A DNA stretch of 64,000 nucleotides from Nemertoderma westbladi (lineage: Eukaryota > Animalia > Xenacoelomorpha): the NCBI GenBank assembly GCA_032718475.1, contig JAUCBJ010009136.1, positions 207,572 through 271,571 of the forward strand, given 5' to 3'. Shown here piece by piece: positions 57,772 to 64,000 of the stretch (the first letter of the stretch is position 1; the number at the start of each line of letters is the position of its first letter). The notes under the pieces are model-generated. The model searched no databases and was not told the origin of the DNA. It was given only the letters and a program-made list of their open reading frames with translations. The position numbers and the translations under genes are program-made.

Positions 57772-59118
57772 GACGGAGAGACATGTAGCTAAAGATTGAC
57801 GGAGAGACCTTCCGACGGACCAAACGCTTGTAGCTAAAGATTGACGGAGAGACCTTCCGATGGACCAAACACTTGTAGCTAAAGATTGACGAAGAGACCT
57901 TCCGACGGACAAACGCTTGTAGCTAAAGATTGACGAAGAGACCTTCCGATGGACCAAACACTTGTAGCTAAAGATTGACGGAGAGACCTTCCGATGGACA
58001 AACGCTTGTAGCTAAAGATTGACGGAGAGACCTTCCGACGGACAAACGCTTGTAGCTAAAGATTGACGGAGAGACCTTCCGATGGACCAAACGCTTGTAG
58101 CTAAAGATTGACGAAGAGACCTTCCGACGGACCAAACACTTGTAGCTAAAGATTGACGGAGAGACCTTCCGATGGACCAAACACTTGTAGCTAAAGATTG
58201 ACGAAGAGACCTTCCGACGGACCAAACGCTTGTAGCTAAAGATTGACGGAGAGACCTTCCGATGGACCAAACACTTGTAGCTAAAGATTGACGAAGAGAC
58301 CTTCCGACGGACCAAACGCTTGTAGCTAATGATTGACGAACAGACCTTCCGACGGACCAAACGCTTGTAGCTAAAGATTGACGAAGAGACCTTCCGACGG
58401 ACAAACGCTTGTAGCTAAAGATTGACGAAGAGACCTTCCGACGGACCAAACGCTTGTAGCTAAAGATTGACGAAGAGACCTTCCGACGGACCAAACGCTT
58501 GTAGCTAAAGATTGACGGAGAGACCTTCCGATGGACCAAACACTTGTAGCTAAAGATTGACGAAGAGACCTTCCGACGGACCAAACGCTTGTAGCTAAAG
58601 ATTGACGAAGAGACCTTCCGATGGACCAAACGCTTGTAGCTAAAGATTGACGGAGAGACCTTCCGACGGACCAAACGCTTGTAGCTAAAGATTGATGGAG
58701 AGACCTTCCGATGGACCAAACGCTTGTAGCTAAAGATTGACGGAGAGACCTTCCGATGGACCAAACGCTTGTAGCTAAAGATTGACGGAGAGACCTTCCG
58801 ACGGACCAAACGCTTGTAGCTAAAGATTGATGGAGAGACCTTCCGATGGACCAAACGCTTGTAGCTAAAGATTGACGGAGAGACCTTCCGACGGACCAAA
58901 CGCTTGTAGCTAAAGATTGATGGAGAGACCTTCCGATGGACCAAACGCTTGTAGCTAAAGATTGACGGAGAGACCTTCCGATGGACCAAACGCTTGTAGC
59001 TAAAGATTGACGGAGAGACCTTCCGATGGACCAAACGCTTGTAGCTAAAGATTGACGGAGAGACCTTCCGATGGACCAAACGCTTGTAGCTAAAGATTGA
59101 CGGAGAGACCGACGGAGA
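57772..59118. repeat. Tandem array 6, 45-bp unit, about 30 copies
   Basis: Unit gacggagagaccttccgatggaccaaacgcttgtagctaaagatt. Confidence 0.96.
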
Positions 59119-60051
59119 GGTGAATCTATCTCTGTTTCAAATTTTATCAGAAATGTCTCCAGGCGGAGAGATAGAAGAAACAAATTTCATATAATCTTAT
59201 TAAGATTTCTAGAAATTTAAATTTTAAAATTTTAGATTTTATAAATATAAATTTAGGGGGGTGGGTGTGGGGCAGGGGCAGGTACCTGAATAAAGACACT
59301 ATATTCCAGGACACTGTACCGTTGTTACGCAGCTACTTATGAAAAATTACACGTTCTAGAATTTTGTGTATTTATTAAATATAATAAATGGCCTCCAACG
59401 AACAATAATTCTTGCAATCTTTGAACGCCTATATCTCAGCTGTTTCCCAACGAAATTCAGATATTGTTACATATTTGGAATCCTTGCAACGCAAGCTTTC
59501 TAATGATATGAAACGATGATTACGACTAATGTGAAGAAAGGCTACGATACAGAGGGTGCGATTTCGCAAAATACACTTTTTTTTAACGCTTATAAAAAGG
59601 CCAAATCGAAAATACCCGCTTCATGGGGTCATCGACGGTGAGTTGAACTAGTTTCGTTTCAAATTCCAAGCAATATGATAAAATTTGTAGAAATGTTTGG
59701 GGGGGAGGGGGGGGGGGGACCGTCATCAGAAAATGGCACTATATTGCGGGTCATATGTAGTTATTTCGTTTGTAGATTATTTTGACTGTAACAACTAATT
59801 TCTGTTAGTTAGTTTACAAATCATAGCCTGAACACTTTGTGTTTTATTGTATTCATTCGATTATCAAATTAATAAAGATAATTAATGTAACATTTCAAAT
59901 TGATTTCCAAATTCAAATATTCACAGTAAACGTCGTTTCTTTTCAAACTTTGTAAGGATAATTGTAGAGGTTGAACCAGCGCATACTACGGACTCGATAC
60001 TGAACTACTGCGCTGTTCAACCCCCAGTGACCCTATTATATTATTGTGTAG

Positions 60052-60259
60052 GCGTTATTCCGAGCTTTGGGTCTGAACGAGAAAGACTTTAAGTTCGGTC
60101 TTACCAAGGCCTTCTTCCGGCCCGGTAAATTCGCCGAGTTCGATCAGATAATGAAGGCTGACCCGGAAAATCTGAAGGGATTAGTTGAGAAAGTTAGGAC
60201 TTGGTTGATATGCGCGAGATGGAAGAAAGCCCAATGGTGTACGCTCGCTACTATTAAAC
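60052..60259 (+). CDS. MYO6: Myosin VI exon (converter + insert-2)
   Basis: AG at 60050-60051, GTAAGT at 60260; [69 protein letters not shown] is diagnostic of class VI; continues directly in phase from the exon ending at 14704. Confidence 0.96.
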
Positions 60260-60459
60260 GTAAGTTTAACTGTAGGTTTTATGTAATATAACGAAGCTAT
60301 ATCTTGAAGCATCCTCTAATTAAAGTAGTGTTTATATTTATAATTACCGTTCGTAGAATTTACCCGGTATTGAGATGGAGGGATCAGGAATAGTTAATAA
60401 TATTTGCGGTTGATTAAGTTTTTCGAGCTATAATTATACCTGTTAAACTGTTTTTGCAG

Positions 60460-60612
60460 TAAAGAATAAGATTGAATTCCGAAACGCTGCGAGGAACGTA
60501 ATGCAGAAGTCTATACGTATGTTCCTTGTAATGAAACGAATACAACCCAAGGTGCAAGGCCTGCGCAAAGTTCAAGGATTGAAAGTGTTACTCAATAAAA
60601 TGGTGGATATAG
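60460..60612 (+). CDS. MYO6: Myosin VI exon (IQ motif, start of lever-arm extension)
   Basis: tttttgcAG at 60458-60459, GT at 60613; (L)KNKIEFRNAARNVMQKSIRMFLVMKRIQPKVQGLRKV resembles LKNKIKYR...MQKTIRMWL. Confidence 0.9.
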
Positions 60613-60869
60613 GTTAGTCCAGATAGTATTTGTTCGTGTGTTGAAAATTAGAGACTTAACCCGTTATTTCAAAATAACTCCGTCAGGCCTGAAAAATCTA
60701 ATAATGAGTACGTAACCTTGTGTTAATTCGCACTCCAATAAGACATGTTTTTCGGTTTGTACCGATAGACTATGTACATATAGCTCTGTTCGGTCGGACT
60801 CCATCGGCCCTTTTAAATTCTAAGGTTGACTGACATCAAGCGTAGTCTACTGAAACTGACACGCAAATA

Positions 60870-61300
60870 CACCATGTCCTGGAATATAGTGTCGTTATTC
60901 ATGTACCCCCCCACCCCCCCCCCCCCCCCCCCCCCACCCAAATTTGTCTTCAAATGTTAATGAGATTGCATGAAATTTGAAACAGAGTCAGTTTCACCTC
61001 CCTCCTCCTTGCTGGGTGAGCCAGAATCTTTATTTTCGCTTTCGTTCTTTAGCTACAAGCATTTAAAAAAAGTGTCTCCGTCGATATTGCACCAGTCCCA
61101 CCGCAGTTATTCTTTAAACATTTAGTGATAGTGGGTACTAGTGGAAAGCTGACCGCACAAGGATTTCAAATATGTAAAAATGAATGAATTGAATTTGGTT
61201 GGGAAATAGCTGATATATGGGCATTCGAATTTTGCATGTATTGGCTTCTGCTACGGGGCGTTTATTCTATTTAATAAATACACAATGTTCTAGAATATTT
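60870..61300. repeat. Dispersed repeat segments homologous, in inverted orientation, to parts of 57735-59510
   Basis: tgtcctggaatatagtgtc vs gacactatattccaggaca; aaatttgaaacagag vs ctctgtttcaaattt; ctttagctacaagc vs gcttgtagctaaag. Confidence 0.75.
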
Positions 61301-61871
61301 TGATTATGTATGAATATCCATATACTAGTATTATCATGTAGGCATTGCATTGTTGCCGATCTACTTATGAGATAAACAATATGTTCTAGAACATTGTGTA
61401 TTTATTTATTTTTTTATTATTTTTTTTAATTTAATAATGAATTCAATAATACTAATATATCAACACAGATTTAAGATATAACACTAATCTACCTGTTCTA
61501 GAAATAACGGCTGATTGAATAGAGTTTGCAAAGGGTACATCTAGTATTCCTCCTCTCCTTCCTCATCTTCGACTCCGCCACTGTCAACTCCGACCTCCTA
61601 CGAGCTACCCTGACTCCAGGCCGGCCGAGGAGACTGTCGATCGGATTCCCGTGTCCGCCAATCGTGCTACCCTCGTCCTGTGGGACCTAGATCCTCGGAT
61701 GCACATGCTGGCAGACCACAAAAGGGCGAAACTTAATCGGGTGCGCAACAAATTTATGGTTTCTGGGTAAGGGAATTTCCTCGCCGAAAACAACGGTGCC
61801 ATTCTCTTCAAGAGGGCATGAGCTGAACGGCCCCCTGTTGAACCCCCTGTTGCCGTGGGACCATGGAACCC

Positions 61872-63090
61872 ATTTTGGCAGTTAGAAGGATAATTGAAGA
61901 GTATCAAAAAAGAAAGACAGCATCTGGCTGTTATCTTTGTTGACTTCTTCAAGGCCTTTGATTCAGTCTCCCGCTCACGTATGTTCAGCATACTTTAATT
62001 ATATGGGATTCCTGATGAAATTATTGCAGCAATCAGATCAGTATACGATGGTTCGACAACATTTGTGTCTACTGTTGATGGTGACACAGAACCATTTGAA
62101 GTGTTATGGGGCGTCCTCCAGGGAGACACACTTGCACCATTCTTGTTCATAATTGTGGTTGACTATGTTCTACGCATGTCCTTAGATCATCATAATGATG
62201 ATGGGGTGATGATAACTCCACCTACTGGCTCCAGAAGTCGAGGAAATCCTGCCAAGTACCTAACTGATCTAGACTTTGCTGATGACTTAGGAGTACTCTC
62301 AGAATCACTAGAGGGAGCCCAACGGCTCCTCAGCTCATTAGAACATGCTGCTTCTAGTGTTGATCTTTTTATTAACTCCAGAAAGACCAAAATTTTGACA
62401 GTTAACTTTGAAAGTCCTCAGCAAGTCTCTGATCGGATGAGCATAAGCTCAAAGGATGGTATGCTTGAGCATGTGGACGACTTCTGTTACCTGGGATCAT
62501 GGATCCGGAAGTCAGGTGAGGACCTTCGAATACGTAAGGGAAAGGCATGGGCAGCCTTGAATAGGCTTTCCAGGATTTGGAAGTCACCGAGAATTAATCG
62601 GAAACTTAAGGTCCGATTATTTAGAGCAGCAGTAGTTCCAGTACTCCTCTATGGGAGTCCATGCTGGGTTCTAACTGCTGAGGACACCAAATCTCTGGAT
62701 GGCACATTCACAAGAATGCTACGCCGGGTTCATTGTGTCAAGTACAATGCACACATCTCCAACCAGACACTATACTGAACATTGGAGGTGTCTCATTGGT
62801 TCCCCCAAGCTTGACACTAGAACAAAATCGCCTCCGCTTTGCAGGACATTGCTTTCGCCGTGAGGACCAGCCAGTGCATAATCTTGTACTTTGGCAGCCC
62901 CATGGAGTGAATAAGCATGGTGGACAGCCCATGACTTTCTTGAGACGCATCTTAAAGGACACTGGTCTTGAAGATGCGGATGATCTAGAAAATGTCATGG
63001 GTGATAGGGAGTTGTGGCGGCGCAATTTTGTCGACAAGCCGGCACAGCATTCTTAAAAATGCAGCTGCAATGTAGCATGCCGATACTAGT
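61872..63090 (+). mobile_element. 5'-truncated RTE-like LINE, frameshifted reverse transcriptase
   Basis: IFVDFFKAFDSV, GVLQGDTLAPFLF, LDFADD, FCYLGS motifs across frames; 3' end shared with the other two copies. Confidence 0.92.
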
Positions 63091-64000
63091 ACTAGTCTCA
63101 AGAATCTTCGGCTAATTCAACTGATGGGGGAGAAATCTTATGAACAGTTACGGAAATTACCTGATGCTGATTTAAACAAACCAAGAACGCCTTGATGAAC
63201 AAATTTCAATACAAGTGAATATATTTGATACTTAACAACATTTTAGATCAAAAGCACCTTGATGATATTTTAGATTAAAACGAAATTAACAATTTTATTA
63301 TACATACCGTATTATATTTATTATTTATAGTCAAATACAGACAAATAAATACAGTACAGATACAAATACATTTCCAGGCAGGGTCAGATTAGGGCATAGC
63401 CGAAAATAGGCCATCATCCAAGTCAATGGATTTTTCAATGATGCGTCTCAAATTAAATCGGATCAATCGATTTACCCCGCGTACCCAGTGTAAAAAAAAG
63501 TATTTCGGAAAAAAAAACAAAAAGCTGCCAACATACAAACATTCCTACATGGGCCACATCCACTAGGATGGACCACCCGCCGGTCCTGCAACTCAACACC
63601 TCACAGTTCTCGATCAGCCATATAAACCCCTTTAATTCTTAATACTCTTCAATAGTGCCTGCAAGGTGTTACTTGGTTTTCTTAATAATACAGTACGTTA
63701 CAACCGAAGTTGTACAATACACCGCTTTTTAAGTGGCCATTGTATCTTACACCATTATGTATGTGCCATTGAGAGATGAGATCTTATGAACTACCTTATA
63801 CACAAAAAATTTTCAAATACTTATTAGCCCGTCCGTGTGATACATTAACAATCAACAGCATGAAATGTGCAGTATGTGTGATACATTGAACAAAGACTAC
63901 CGGTAATGATCATGTTTGTGATACACTATAACTACTGTATGAATAAATAGATTAAAGATGAAATATAAAAATGAATCTGAATTCATAAACAGTTGTGATT

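Noticed and set aside
57721-59183. Minus-strand ORFs with 15-aa repeats
   Set aside because: Translations of the 45-bp array.
60260-60291. ORF-track extension [10 protein letters not shown]
   Set aside because: Read-through into the intron past the GTAAGT donor.

Overview
Eukaryotic (animal-type) intronic DNA. Four + strand exons of a myosin VI gene (end of motor, converter, insert-2, IQ) are separated by introns of about 11.7 kb and 45.3 kb. These introns hold six unrelated tandem-repeat arrays, an intronless GC-rich and divergent AIF (AIFM1-like) gene on the opposite strand, three RTE-like LINE fragments, MITE-like elements, and a young 18-kb BEL/Pao LTR retrotransposon (21952-40027). The retrotransposon is the most unusual object. 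It has TAT...ATA termini instead of TG...CA and no tRNA-type TGG primer-binding site; instead, the 11 nt at the PBS position are perfectly complementary to a sequence inside its own LTR (candidate self-encoded primer). It also has a tRNA-like Pol III unit in each LTR, nine dispersed copies of a 20-nt stem-loop motif, and two extra ORFs after pol, one encoding a DEDDy (WRN/RNase D-like) 3'-5' exonuclease plus three zinc knuckles. All calls were made by eye with no database searches, so mechanisms are hypotheses.
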